This document shows positions 22,619 to 32,233 of a stretch of DNA of 64,000 nucleotides, piece after piece. Numbering within the stretch: the stretch's first letter is position 1; each line of letters starts with the position of its first letter. Origin of the DNA: Neptunomonas phycophila (GTDB lineage: Bacteria; Pseudomonadota; Alphaproteobacteria; Caulobacterales; Caulobacteraceae); NCBI GenBank assembly GCA_964224415.1, contig CAXQIE010000013.1, positions 57,198-121,197 of the forward strand, read 5' to 3'. A program made the translations under genes and the position numbers. The notes under the pieces are model-generated. The model searched no databases and had not been told where the DNA came from. It was given only the letters and a program-made list of their open reading frames with translations.

Positions 22619-23920
22619 ATGACCAATACCCCCTCCCCGACCGGTACCGCCACCCTCTCCTATGGCGACAAGAGCGTCGATCTGCCGGTTCTGTCCGGCT
22701 CGACCGGCCCGGACGTCATCGACATCCGCAAACTGTACGGTGCAACCGACGCCTTTACCTACGACCCCGGCTTTACGTCGACGGCGTCCTGCGAAAGCGC
22801 CCTGACCTTCATCGACGGCGACAAGGGCGTCTTACTGCACCGCGGCTATCCGATCGACCAACTGGCCTCGCAGTCGAACTTCGTCGAGGTCTGCCACCTG
22901 CTGCTACGCGGCGAGTTGCCGACGGCCGAGCAATATGCGGCCTTCGAGAACAGCGTGACCATGCACACCATGCTGCACTCGCAGTTCGACCGCTTCTTCG
23001 AGGGCTTCCGCCGCGACGCCCACCCGATGGCCATCATGGTCGGCACGGTCGGCGCCCTGTCGGCCTTCTACCACGACAGTCTGGACATCCATGACCCGGT
23101 CCAGCGCAACATTTCGGCGATCCGACTGATTGCCAAGATGCCGACCATCGCGGCCCGCGCCTACAAATACCACGTCGGTCAGCCCTTCGTGTCGCCGCGC
23201 AACGACCTCAGCTATTCCGAGAACTTCCTGCGGATGTGCTTCGCCGTTCCGGCCGAGGACTATGAGGTCAACCCGGTGCTGGCCAAGGCCATGGATCGCA
23301 TCTTCATTCTGCATGCCGACCACGAGCAGAACGCCTCGACCTCGACGGTCCGCCTGGCCGGCTCGTCGGGTGCCAATCCGTTCGCCTGTATCGCCGCCGG
23401 CATCGCCTGCCTGTGGGGCCCGTCGCACGGCGGCGCCAACGAAGAGGCGCTGAACATGCTGAAAGAGATCGGCACCCCGGACAAAATTCCGGAGTTCATC
23501 CAGGGCGTGAAAGACAAGAAGTACAAGCTGATGGGCTTTGGCCACCGCGTGTACAAGAACTACGACCCGCGCGCGAAGGTCATGCAGGAAAGCGCCCACG
23601 AGGTGCTGAAGGCCGTCGGCGATCCCAACGATCCGCTGCTGCAGGTCGCCATGGAGCTGGAGAAGGTCGCGCTGAACGACGAATACTTCATCGAGCGCAA
23701 GCTGTTCCCGAACGTCGACTTCTATTCCGGCATCACCCTGTCGGCCATGGGCTTCCCGACCACCATGTTCACCGTGCTGTTCTCGCTGGCCCGGACGGTC
23801 GGCTGGATCGCGCAGTGGCAGGAGATGATGGAAGATCCGTCGCAGAAGATCGGCCGCCCGCGCCAGCTGTACACAGGCCCCACGGCCCGGGATTACACCC
23901 CGATCGAAATGCGGGGCTGA
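22619..23920 (+). CDS. gltA: citrate synthase (type II)
   Basis: ATG at 22619. [10 protein letters not shown] and [13 protein letters not shown] contain the catalytic His residues. Confidence 0.95.
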   Translation: MTNTPSPTGTATLSYGDKSVDLPVLSGSTGPDVIDIRKLYGATDAFTYDPGFTSTASCESALTFIDGDKGVLLHRGYPIDQLASQSNFVEVCHLLLRGELPTAEQYAAFENSVTMHTMLHSQFDRFFEGFRRDAHPMAIMVGTVGALSAFYHDSLDIHDPVQRNISAIRLIAKMPTIAARAYKYHVGQPFVSPRNDLSYSENFLRMCFAVPAEDYEVNPVLAKAMDRIFILHADHEQNASTSTVRLAGSSGANPFACIAAGIACLWGPSHGGANEEALNMLKEIGTPDKIPEFIQGVKDKKYKLMGFGHRVYKNYDPRAKVMQESAHEVLKAVGDPNDPLLQVAMELEKVALNDEYFIERKLFPNVDFYSGITLSAMGFPTTMFTVLFSLARTVGWIAQWQEMMEDPSQKIGRPRQLYTGPTARDYTPIEMRG

Positions 23921-23957
23921 TCGGGCGCGACGGCGTCTTTCACCGTTGATGCTTGCA

Positions 23958-23990
23958 AAGGGCGCGGCGCAGGTCGCGCCCTTTTCGTTT
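23958..23990 (+). terminator. Rho-independent terminator of gltA
   Basis: AAGGGCGCG-(8 nt)-CGCGCCCTT is followed by TTCGTTT, 38 nt after the gltA stop. Confidence 0.7.
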
Positions 23991-24036
23991 GCGACACTTT
24001 CCGGACTTTGGCCCCGCAAAGGCCCATGCTAGCGAT

Positions 24037-26484
24037 ATGGCACCACTATTCTGGGGAGTTACGTCGTTGAAGAATTCCGGTCCGTCGATCCGCAAACTGC
24101 TGGGGAGCTCCGCTGCCCTCGGCACCCTCCTGTTCGCCAGCAGCGCCTTCGCCCAGGAAGCGCCCCTGATCCAGCCCGGCGCGCCCGGTGAGGCAAGCCG
24201 TACGCTCGAAGGCCGTGAAGCCGCCCGGATCGCCGACAACCGCTATTCGGCCGACGACGTCGCCTTCATGCAGGGCATGATCCTGCACCATGGCCAGGCC
24301 GTGGAAATGTCGATGCTGGCCGCCGACCGCACCAACACCCCCGAAATTCTGGACCTTGCGTCCCGTATCCTCGCTTCGCAGGCGGACGAAATCGCCTTCA
24401 TGCGCGGCTGGCTGACCGAGCGGGGCGAGATGGCCCCGACGCCGCAGCCCACGGGGGCGATGGATCATTCCGCGCACCAGGGCATGGACCATTCCGCCCA
24501 CGGCGGCCATGCGGATATGCCCGGCATGGCCTCGCCCGAGCAGATGGCACGGCTCGCCGCCGCCACGGGCCCCGAGTTCGATCGCCTGTTCCTTGAGCTG
24601 ATGATTCCCCACCACGAAGGCGCGCTGACCATGGTGTCGTCGCTGCTGGGGCGCTCGGGGTCTGCGTACGACCCGATCCTGTTCCGCTTCGTCAACGATG
24701 TCGCCAATGAGCAGCAGACCGAGATCAACCGCATGACCGCGCTGATCCGCTCCGCGTCTCCCGATCCCCGCACCAATCTGCGGGCCGGGTTCCGGGATGC
24801 TGAACAGGCGTCTAGCAATATGGAGCTGATCGCCAGCCTGCCCAAGCCGACCGGCTTCTTTGATCCGACCAATCCGGCGGGACTGCCCCCGCGCGTCGGC
24901 GACGAGACCGGGCGTCGCTCGCCCTTCCTCAGCTTCTCGAACACCGACATGGCTTTCCAGGGCGACCTGTTGGCGGTCGGCAACTATCACGGGATCAATC
25001 TGTATCGTCTGACCGATGCCCCCGAGCCGCAGCTGATCAGCTCGATCGTCTGCCCCGGCGGACAGGGTGATGTGTCGATCTATGGCAATCTGATGCTGAT
25101 GTCTGTGGAGTCGACCAACGGTCGGGTCGACTGTGGTCGCGAGGGCGTTGGGCCGGGCGCCAGCCCGGACCGCTTCCGCGGCCTGCGCATCTTCGACATC
25201 ACCGATCCGGTCCGTCCGGTCCAGGTCGGACAGGTCCAGACCTGCCGGGGCTCGCATACCCATACCGTCGTGGCCGCTGATGAGCGCCGCCTGATCGTCT
25301 ATAACTCGGGTACCGCCAGCGTCCGTGACGAGCGCGAGCTGGCCGGCTGCGTGGTCGGCACCCCCGGCGATGAGCGCACCGCCCTGTTCCGAGTCGATGT
25401 GATCGAGATTCCGCTGGCCGATCCGTCGCAGTCGCGCATCATCGACAGCCCCGCCGTCTTTGCCGACGAAGAGACCGGCGAGATTGCCGGCCTGTGGCGC
25501 GGTGGAGACCATGGTCAGGGCACCCAGACCACGCGCCAGACCGATCACTGCCACGACATCACCATCTTCCCGACGCGCAACATCGCCGCCGGAGCCTGTG
25601 CCGGCAACGGCATCCTGTTCGACGTGTCCGATCCGCGCGCGCCGAAGCGCATCGATGCCGTCGTCGATGAGGGCTTTGCCTATTGGCACTCGGCGACCTT
25701 CAACAACGACGCCACCAAGGTGCTGTTCACCGACGAATGGGGCGGCGGCGGACGGCCGCGCTGCCGGGTGCAGGACCCCATGACCTGGGGTGCCAATGCC
25801 ATCTATGACATCGTCGACGGCGAGCTGGTGTTCCAGGGCTATTACAAACTGCCCGCCGCCCAGACCGAGCTTGAAAACTGCGTTGCCCACAATGGCTCGT
25901 TGATCCCGGTTCCCGGACGCGACCTGTTCGTTCAGGCCTGGTACCAGGGCGGGCTGTCGATCAGCGACTTTACCGATTCCTCGAATGCTTTCGAGATCGC
26001 CTATTTTGACCGCGGCCCGGTGAATGCCGAGCGTCAGGGGTCGGGCGGCTACTGGTCGGTCTACTGGTACGACGGCCGGATCTATGGCTCGGAAATCGGC
26101 CGGGGGCTGGACGTCTTCACCTTGACGCCCAGCGAGACCCTGACGGCCAACGAGATCGCAGCTGCGGCCTTGGCCGACGAAGGCGGCACGGTGAACCCGC
26201 AGCAGCAGTATCCGGTCACCTGGCCGGCCCACCCGGTCGTGGGTCGTGCCTATCTGGACCAGTTTGCCCGCGATGGTGGACTGGATTCCGGACTTGCCGG
26301 ACGGGTATCGGCGGCTCTGGATCGCGCCGAGCCACTCGTCGAGGGCAATGGCAAGGATCCAGCCCTGGCACGTGATCTGCTGGCGCTGGCGGGCGAGATC
26401 GACCCGTCAGGCCGGGATCAGGCCGCCAAGCGTCGGGCCGGTCTGCGCGAGACCCTGACGGGTATTGCCGCTCTCATCGGCTAA
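24037..26484 (+). CDS. secreted DUF305 (four-helix, metal-associated) domain fused to LVIVD-repeat beta-propeller
   Basis: The track ORF start at 23953 lies inside the gltA terminator, so ATG at 24037 (or a later start) is preferred. The signal peptide is LLGSSAALGTLLFASSAFA. DUF305 signatures FMQGMILHHGQAVEM and MIPHHEGALTM are split by the His/Met repeat MDHSAHQGMDHSAHGGHADMPGM. The C-terminal ~550 aa carries repeated G..L.V/hydrophobic-D patterns of LVIVD propellers. Confidence 0.75.
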   Translation: MAPLFWGVTSLKNSGPSIRKLLGSSAALGTLLFASSAFAQEAPLIQPGAPGEASRTLEGREAARIADNRYSADDVAFMQGMILHHGQAVEMSMLAADRTNTPEILDLASRILASQADEIAFMRGWLTERGEMAPTPQPTGAMDHSAHQGMDHSAHGGHADMPGMASPEQMARLAAATGPEFDRLFLELMIPHHEGALTMVSSLLGRSGSAYDPILFRFVNDVANEQQTEINRMTALIRSASPDPRTNLRAGFRDAEQASSNMELIASLPKPTGFFDPTNPAGLPPRVGDETGRRSPFLSFSNTDMAFQGDLLAVGNYHGINLYRLTDAPEPQLISSIVCPGGQGDVSIYGNLMLMSVESTNGRVDCGREGVGPGASPDRFRGLRIFDITDPVRPVQVGQVQTCRGSHTHTVVAADERRLIVYNSGTASVRDERELAGCVVGTPGDERTALFRVDVIEIPLADPSQSRIIDSPAVFADEETGEIAGLWRGGDHGQGTQTTRQTDHCHDITIFPTRNIAAGACAGNGILFDVSDPRAPKRIDAVVDEGFAYWHSATFNNDATKVLFTDEWGGGGRPRCRVQDPMTWGANAIYDIVDGELVFQGYYKLPAAQTELENCVAHNGSLIPVPGRDLFVQAWYQGGLSISDFTDSSNAFEIAYFDRGPVNAERQGSGGYWSVYWYDGRIYGSEIGRGLDVFTLTPSETLTANEIAAAALADEGGTVNPQQQYPVTWPAHPVVGRAYLDQFARDGGLDSGLAGRVSAALDRAEPLVEGNGKDPALARDLLALAGEIDPSGRDQAAKRRAGLRETLTGIAALIG

Positions 26485-26752
26485 GCCCGCGATACAGAAG
26501 GGCTCCCGTGTCCGGGTCCTCGGCCGTGATCACCTCGGCCGAGGACAGGGCGGACACGGGCGCGGCCGGCACGCGGGGCGACAGGTTAAGCGTCAGGTGT
26601 TCCCACTCGGCGGCATAGTCCATGCCCCAGACACAGTTGAAGGCCAGCACGTCGCGACCGCCGCTGAGGCGCAGTCGGGTCGCCCGCCCCCGACGCTGCC
26701 TCAGCAGCCGGATTAGCCCTGCCCCCTGCCCCGGCAGGATCAGATCGACCAT
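26474..26752 (-). CDS. hypothetical protein (92 aa)
   Basis: ATG at 26752 has GAGGA 8 nt upstream. Third-codon positions are strongly G/C-biased. It is convergent with the DUF305-LVIVD gene, overlapping it by 11 nt. I recognise no family. Confidence 0.5.
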   Translation of the reverse strand: MVDLILPGQGAGLIRLLRQRRGRATRLRLSGGRDVLAFNCVWGMDYAAEWEHLTLNLSPRVPAAPVSALSSAEVITAEDPDTGALLYRGLSR

Positions 26753-26855
26753 GATGTCATTCCTCGCATTGCCTTTGCCGCCACCTTGGTGGACGCTGGC
26801 ACTGTGAGGTCGCCGCGCCTGAGCGGCATGAGCGACGGCTGAGGATTTTCTGAAA

Positions 26856-27947
26856 TTGACGCCAGACGGCCTTCGCTTCGGTGCCTTCACCCTCGACCCC
26901 GTGAACCGGCGCCTGACGCGGGACGGCGCGCCGGTCGAAATCAGCGCCCGCTATCTCGACGCCCTGATCCTGATGGTCGAGCGGCCGGGGCAGCTGGTGA
27001 CCAAGGACCAGTTCCTCGACCAGGTGTGGCGCGGCATTCCGGTCACCGACGAGGCGCTGACGCAGTGCATCCGCACCCTCAGGAAGCAGTTGGGAGATAC
27101 GGCCGGGCGGCCGACCTATATCGAGACTGTGCCCAAGCACGGCTATCGCTTCATCGCCCCGGTTGCGGCGGTTGCCCAGCCCGCATCGAATGGCCCGCCT
27201 GTCGCCCAGGCGGCGCCCGGCCCCGCCGACGATGCGTGGGATGCGAAGCGCACCCTGCTGCTGGGCGGAGCGGGTGTATTGGGAGGCGGACTGGCAGGGG
27301 TGATCGGCGGGCTGATCTACGGGCTGATCGCCGTGTCCCACCCGCTGGCGCCCGGCATGGGGTCTGGGTCGATCCTGCTGGTGCTGGTGTGGCTGACGAC
27401 GCTGGTGGCCCTGATGGGCGGGGCGGCGGTCGGCCTCGGCATGGCGGCGACCGGCCTCGGCCGGCGCGCGCCCAGTCCGTGGATCATTCTGGGCGGCGCA
27501 ATCGGCGGCATGATGGTGGGCGGCGCGGTCAAGCTGCTGGGCATCGACGCCTTCAACCTTTTGGTCGGGCGCTCGCCGGGGGACATCACCGGGGGGATGG
27601 AGGGCTTCATTCTGGGCGGAGCCATCGGTCTGGGCCTGTGGCTGGGCACGCGCGGGCGCGACCCCCTGCCCCTGCGGCGCTGCATGATCACGGCGGGGGT
27701 CGCGGCGGCGCTGGCGGGCATGGCCATTCCGCTGTTCGGGGGCCGGTTGATGGGCGGCAGTCTGGACCTGCTGGCGAAGACCTTCCCCGAGTCCCAGCTG
27801 CAACTGGGCATGATCGGCAACTGGTTCGGCGAGACCGGCTTTGGTCCAATCGCCCAGAGCGTCACCGGCGGTCTGGAGGGCCTTCTGTTCGCTCCCTGCG
27901 TCGTCGGCGCCATGATTCTGGCGCGACGGGGAATGCGGGCGGACTAG
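26856..27947 (+). CDS. membrane-embedded winged-helix (OmpR/PhoB-type, ToxR/CadC-like) transcriptional regulator with polytopic Gly-rich C-terminal domain
   Basis: The N-terminus LRFGAFTLDPVNRRLTRDGAPVEISARYLDALILMVERPGQLVTKDQFLDQVW...ETVPKHGYRF is a trans_reg_C domain. It is followed by several Gly-zipper-like hydrophobic segments (GGGLAGVIGGLIYGLIAV, ILGGAIGGMMVGGAV, ILGGAIGLGLWLG...). There is no receiver domain. Confidence 0.75.
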   Translation: MTPDGLRFGAFTLDPVNRRLTRDGAPVEISARYLDALILMVERPGQLVTKDQFLDQVWRGIPVTDEALTQCIRTLRKQLGDTAGRPTYIETVPKHGYRFIAPVAAVAQPASNGPPVAQAAPGPADDAWDAKRTLLLGGAGVLGGGLAGVIGGLIYGLIAVSHPLAPGMGSGSILLVLVWLTTLVALMGGAAVGLGMAATGLGRRAPSPWIILGGAIGGMMVGGAVKLLGIDAFNLLVGRSPGDITGGMEGFILGGAIGLGLWLGTRGRDPLPLRRCMITAGVAAALAGMAIPLFGGRLMGGSLDLLAKTFPESQLQLGMIGNWFGETGFGPIAQSVTGGLEGLLFAPCVVGAMILARRGMRAD

Positions 27948-29113
27948 GCGGCGGTCCGACCGGCAATGACATCCAACACGGCTTCAGCGGCGATTTCAGA
28001 GGGATCGCGGCCCTCGCGGCCCATGAGGTCGAGGGCCGCCGTCTGGCGGCGGGCCTGATCGGCGCGGGCGGCGGGATCCTCCAGCAGACGCTCGACGGCC
28101 GGGACCAGGTGGTCCGGCGTGGCATCCTTCTGGATGTATTCGGGCGCGATTTCCTCATCGGCAGCGTGGTTGAACAGGGTCGCGTATTTGCCGGTAAAGA
28201 AGGGGCGCATGATCGCATAGCTGAGCGGCTGGAAGCGGTAGGCGATGATCATGGGGGCCCCCGCGAGCGCCAGCTCGGTCGACACGGTACCGCTGGTGGC
28301 CAAGGCCAAGGTCGCGGCCTTCATCGCTGCGTATTTGTCGTCTTCCTCGACCAGATGAGCCTCGACGGGCCAGTCCGCGACCTGGGCGCGTACGCTGGCC
28401 GCCACGGTTCCGGCAACGACGACAGCGACCTGGAGATCAGGCATGGATGCCTTGAGCCGCGTGACCGTCTCGGCATACACGGGCGTCATCAGGCGAATCT
28501 CGGACGGACGGCTGCCGGGCAGGACCAGCAGAAGGGGCGCATCGGCGTCGATCCCGCGCGCGACCCGAAATGCGGTCGAATCGGCGCCGGACAGGTCGAC
28601 ATGCAGCGCCTGTGACCCCACCACCGTCGTCGACAGGCCCTCTCGCTCGAACCACGGCGCGTCAAAGGCGTAGAGAGCCAGCAGGTGATCTACCGCCGCG
28701 GCCAGGGTCTTTGCCCGACCGGGCCGGGAGGCCCAGACCTGCGGCCCGACGTATTTGATCAGCGGCATATCGGGCATCAGGGGCCGTAGCGCCTGGGCCA
28801 CGCGGATGGTGAAGCCCCAGCTGTCGATCAGGACCACGGCATCAGGCCGTTCGCGTGAGGCCAGCTCAACCGTGTCGGCCACGCGCCGCTTGACCAGCCC
28901 AAAGGCCTTCAGGCCCTCAAGCCAGCCGTGGATGGACAGGTCCGCGATATCGAAAGGGCTGACGATGCCCTCAGCCGCCATCCGGGGCCCGCCCACTCCC
29001 ACGAGGCTCAGGTCACTCCCCAGCCGCGTCTTCAACGCTCGCGCCAATCCGGCCCCCAGCGCATCGCCCGAAGCCTCGGCCGCGACCAGCATGACCTTCA
29101 GCGGGCGGCTCAT
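27944..29113 (-). CDS. lpxB: lipid-A-disaccharide synthase
   Basis: 389 aa. The N-terminus KVMLVAAEASGDALGAGL and its position in the lpx cluster support the call. Confidence 0.9.
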   Translation of the reverse strand: MSRPLKVMLVAAEASGDALGAGLARALKTRLGSDLSLVGVGGPRMAAEGIVSPFDIADLSIHGWLEGLKAFGLVKRRVADTVELASRERPDAVVLIDSWGFTIRVAQALRPLMPDMPLIKYVGPQVWASRPGRAKTLAAAVDHLLALYAFDAPWFEREGLSTTVVGSQALHVDLSGADSTAFRVARGIDADAPLLLVLPGSRPSEIRLMTPVYAETVTRLKASMPDLQVAVVVAGTVAASVRAQVADWPVEAHLVEEDDKYAAMKAATLALATSGTVSTELALAGAPMIIAYRFQPLSYAIMRPFFTGKYATLFNHAADEEIAPEYIQKDATPDHLVPAVERLLEDPAARADQARRQTAALDLMGREGRDPSEIAAEAVLDVIAGRTAA

Positions 29114-29949
29114 ACGCCCTCGCCCCAGATGAACAGGCCCAGCCGGTCGGCCGTCTCAATTATGGCGGGGCGGTCGATCAGGATCAGTCGCCCGGCCTGT
29201 CCGCCGACCCCGGCCAGACCGGCCTCGGCCGCCAGTTCGAGGGTTCGCACACCCATGACCGGCATGTCGACGCGCAGGTCCTGGATGGGCTTGGGCGCCT
29301 TGCCCAGCGCGCCCTTCGGCGAGCCAGGTGCCCCGCGCAAATCGACGGGCAGGCCGGCCACCCTGCGCAACATGGCGTCGGTGCCCTCTTGCGCCTCGAC
29401 GGCCAGAACCAGCCCGTCGCAAACGACGGCGCCCTGACCTATGTCGAGTTCACCCGATTTTTCCGCGACATGGAGTGCTTTTCGTAGATCAGAGAGCTGC
29501 TCTGGTGTGGGCTGGACCTGACCCAGGGCACCGTGCGGCAGGCTGTCGCCACCCAGAATGTCGTCGGCCCCCTCGACCGCGAACCCCTCACCCTCGAATA
29601 TCGACAGGATCTTGCGCAGCAGGGCGTCGTCTCCCCTGGTCGCCGCGGCAATGATGCCCGGCAGCAGAGTCGCGCCCTTCAGGTCTGGACGAAGCGTTTT
29701 GAAGTCCGGGCGGCTGACCGTCCCCGCGAGGCAGACAACCTGACAGCCCGCCGACTTCATCTCGGACAGGATACGCCCGATCTCGGCCATGCCGGCCTCA
29801 ATGCCGGGATATCGGACCAGATGCGGGTCGGCGAAGCCGGCCAGACGGATGACGTGCAGGTCGCGGCCCTCGACCTCGCAGCGGGCTGCGACGGCCAGCG
29901 GCAAGGCTCCGCCCCCGGCGATCAGGCCCAGCTTGCCCCGCGCGGCCAC
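29110..29949 (-). CDS. lpxI: UDP-2,3-diacylglucosamine diphosphatase LpxI (DUF1009)
   Basis: The GTG at 29949 is taken as the start; it lies one nt after the lpxA stop. KLGLIAGGGALPLAVA is present. Its position between lpxA and lpxB is that of alphaproteobacterial LpxI. Confidence 0.8.
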   Translation of the reverse strand: MAARGKLGLIAGGGALPLAVAARCEVEGRDLHVIRLAGFADPHLVRYPGIEAGMAEIGRILSEMKSAGCQVVCLAGTVSRPDFKTLRPDLKGATLLPGIIAAATRGDDALLRKILSIFEGEGFAVEGADDILGGDSLPHGALGQVQPTPEQLSDLRKALHVAEKSGELDIGQGAVVCDGLVLAVEAQEGTDAMLRRVAGLPVDLRGAPGSPKGALGKAPKPIQDLRVDMPVMGVRTLELAAEAGLAGVGGQAGRLILIDRPAIIETADRLGLFIWGEGV

Positions 29950-29950
29950 C

Positions 29951-30739
29951 TCAGCCCTCGGGCAGGCAGAGCGGACGGCGCGTGTCCCGGCGGATGAAGT
30001 CCACGATCTCGACGATCTCGGGCAGGTCGGCATAGGTCAGGGCGACCGCGTCCAGCCGCTGGGCGAAGGGCTGATCCTTGCTCTCGAACAGGTCACGATA
30101 GGCGGCCAGCAGGCGGCGGACAGCCGACTTGTCATAGCCCTTGCGCTTCAGGCCGATCAGGTTGAGGCCTCGCAGCTGCGCGTGATTGCCCCAGGCCGAG
30201 CCGTAGGGAATGACGTCGCGAGTCACAGCCGCCAGTCCACCGACGATGGCGCCCTGCCCCACCCGTCCGAACTGGTGCACGGCGCACAGACCGCCGAGGA
30301 ACACCTTGTCCCCGATCTCGGCATGCCCCCCCAGGGTGGCGTTGTTGGCGAAGGTAATGCTGTTGCCGACCACGGCGTCATGGCCAACGTGGGCGCCCGT
30401 CATGAACAGATTGTCCGACCCGATCACAGTCTCGCCGGTGCCTTGCGGCGTGCCCCGGTTGAAGGTGCTGTGCTCGCGGATGGTGTTGCGCTCACCGATG
30501 GCGAGAGTCACGCGCTCGCCCTTGTACCCCGTATGCTGGGGGTCCCCGCCGATCACGGCGAAGGGATGGATGACGGTGTCGGCGCCGACCGTCGTGTCGC
30601 GCTGGATGACCACATGGCTGACCAGTCGGACGCCGGCGGCCAGTCTGACGCCCGGCCCGACTGTGCACCACGGGCCGATCTCCACATCGTCGGCCAGTTC
30701 GGCGCCGGAATCGACCATCGAAGTGGGGTGAATGGCCAT
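29951..30739 (-). CDS. lpxA: acyl-ACP--UDP-N-acetylglucosamine O-acyltransferase
   Basis: 262 aa. It has left-handed beta-helix hexapeptide repeats and starts [24 protein letters not shown]. Confidence 0.95.
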   Translation of the reverse strand: MAIHPTSMVDSGAELADDVEIGPWCTVGPGVRLAAGVRLVSHVVIQRDTTVGADTVIHPFAVIGGDPQHTGYKGERVTLAIGERNTIREHSTFNRGTPQGTGETVIGSDNLFMTGAHVGHDAVVGNSITFANNATLGGHAEIGDKVFLGGLCAVHQFGRVGQGAIVGGLAAVTRDVIPYGSAWGNHAQLRGLNLIGLKRKGYDKSAVRRLLAAYRDLFESKDQPFAQRLDAVALTYADLPEIVEIVDFIRRDTRRPLCLPEG

Positions 30740-31200
30740 CAGCGGATCGGCTGTTCGACGGTTGAGGCCATGGCCGCGAAATCCGCCTCGGCGGCCAGCT
30801 TGCCATCGATGAAGGTCTCGCCCCGGAATTTGAAGATGTCACCGCGCTGTTTGGTGACGACCACCTTCATGCGCAACTGGTCACCCGGACGGGCAGGCTT
30901 GCGGAACCGCACGCCGTCGATCGACATGAACAGGATGACCTTGCCCTCGACCGACACGTCCAGAGATCTGGACATCAGCAGCGCCCCGGTCTGGGCCATG
31001 GCTTCGACGATCATCACACCGGGCATGACCGGGTCGATCGGGAAGTGGCCGGGGAAGTACGGCTCGTTATGGGTGACGTTCTTGATGCCCGTGATCGACG
31101 TGCCCGAGACGAAATCTTCGGCTCTGTCGATCAGCAGGAAGGGGTAGCGATGCGGAAGCCGTCGCATCACTTCGGCATAGTCGATCCGGTCGTCGGTCAT
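30739..31200 (-). CDS. fabZ: 3-hydroxyacyl-ACP dehydratase
   Basis: ATG at 31200 (153 aa). [12 protein letters not shown] and [12 protein letters not shown] are present. Confidence 0.95.
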   Translation of the reverse strand: MTDDRIDYAEVMRRLPHRYPFLLIDRAEDFVSGTSITGIKNVTHNEPYFPGHFPIDPVMPGVMIVEAMAQTGALLMSRSLDVSVEGKVILFMSIDGVRFRKPARPGDQLRMKVVVTKQRGDIFKFRGETFIDGKLAAEADFAAMASTVEQPIR

Positions 31201-31201
31201 C

Positions 31202-32215
31202 TCAGCTCTTGGTCTCGCCTTTGCTCTTGCCCGCCTGTTTGGCCAACCAGATGGCTTCGCGCAAGGATTGACGCAGGGGTTTAGCCGGATAGCCGGACCA
31301 GGTTTCGCCCGGCGGGATGTCGGCCAAGACGCCGGCACCGGCCGCGACACGGGCCCCCTCGCCGATGGTAATGTGGTCTCCAATGCCGGCTCGACCGCCG
31401 AACATGACATTGTCGCCGACAGTCACGGAGCCGGAGATCCCTGTGTGCGCAGCCAGAAGACCGTTGCGTCCGATGACAACGTTGTGGCCGATCTGGACCT
31501 GATTATCGATCTTGGAATTCTCGCCGATGACGGTGTCATTGTAGGCGCCGCGGTCGATGCAGGTGTTGGCGCCGACCGTTACCCCATCCTGAAGGATAAC
31601 CCGTCCCAGTTGGGGGATATCGACCGGGCCCGCCTTTGAGGGCGCCGCGCCAAAGCCGGCTTCGCCGATACGGGCACCCGCGAGGATGCGCACCCGATCC
31701 CCGATCAGGGCGTGGGACAGGCTGACCAGCGCGCCAATCTGACAGTCGCGACCAATCTGGACCCCGGGGCCGATCACGGTGTTGGCCCCGATGCGCGTGC
31801 CCCGTCCGATGCTGACACCCTGGCCCAAGACGACGCCCGGTTCCACGATCACGCTGTCGTCCTCGAGCCAGGCGCCGGGCGTAGCTGACAGGTCAATGGA
31901 ATACGGTCGGTACAACAGGTCTGCGACCCGGGCCCATGCCGCCTGCACTTCGGTCGAGACGATGACTGCGGCTTCGGGCGGTGCCTGATCGACCAGGGTT
32001 TCGGACAGGAGAACGGCCCCGGCGCGAGTCTGCGCCAAGGCCGCTTTCATGCGACGATCGGACAGGAAGGTCAGGTCCCCGGATTCGGCCCGGGCAAGGG
32101 GGGCAACCCCCGATATGACCCGCTCGCCACCGCGAACGACCCGGCCACCGACAGCGGCAGCCAGGTCATCGACCGTGCGTTCGGGAAGGGTCTGAAAGAA
32201 GCGGGTGTCCGGCAT
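31202..32215 (-). CDS. lpxD: UDP-3-O-acylglucosamine N-acyltransferase
   Basis: 337 aa with hexapeptide repeats. Its position upstream of fabZ supports the call. Confidence 0.95.
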   Translation of the reverse strand: MPDTRFFQTLPERTVDDLAAAVGGRVVRGGERVISGVAPLARAESGDLTFLSDRRMKAALAQTRAGAVLLSETLVDQAPPEAAVIVSTEVQAAWARVADLLYRPYSIDLSATPGAWLEDDSVIVEPGVVLGQGVSIGRGTRIGANTVIGPGVQIGRDCQIGALVSLSHALIGDRVRILAGARIGEAGFGAAPSKAGPVDIPQLGRVILQDGVTVGANTCIDRGAYNDTVIGENSKIDNQVQIGHNVVIGRNGLLAAHTGISGSVTVGDNVMFGGRAGIGDHITIGEGARVAAGAGVLADIPPGETWSGYPAKPLRQSLREAIWLAKQAGKSKGETKS

Positions 32216-32233
32216 CCCTTCCCCGATACGCCT

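Noticed and set aside
23953-24036. N-terminal extension MQRARRRSRPF... of the DUF305-LVIVD gene
   Set aside because: It starts inside the gltA terminator hairpin. The signal peptide begins later, so ATG at 24037 or a nearby start is more plausible.
24046-26232. 728-aa minus-strand ORF
   Set aside because: It is an antisense shadow of the DUF305-LVIVD gene.
26757-28615. 348-aa minus-strand and 529-aa plus-strand ORFs across the regulator/lpxB region
   Set aside because: They are out-of-frame or antisense shadows with Arg/Pro/Gly-rich nonsense translations. The winged-helix regulator and lpxB frames carry the recognisable motifs.
29950-30033. N-terminal extension of lpxI overlapping lpxA (track start 30033)
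   Set aside because: The extension would overlap the lpxA 3' end by 83 nt. The GTG at 29949, one nt after the lpxA stop, gives the expected KLGLIAGGG N-terminus.
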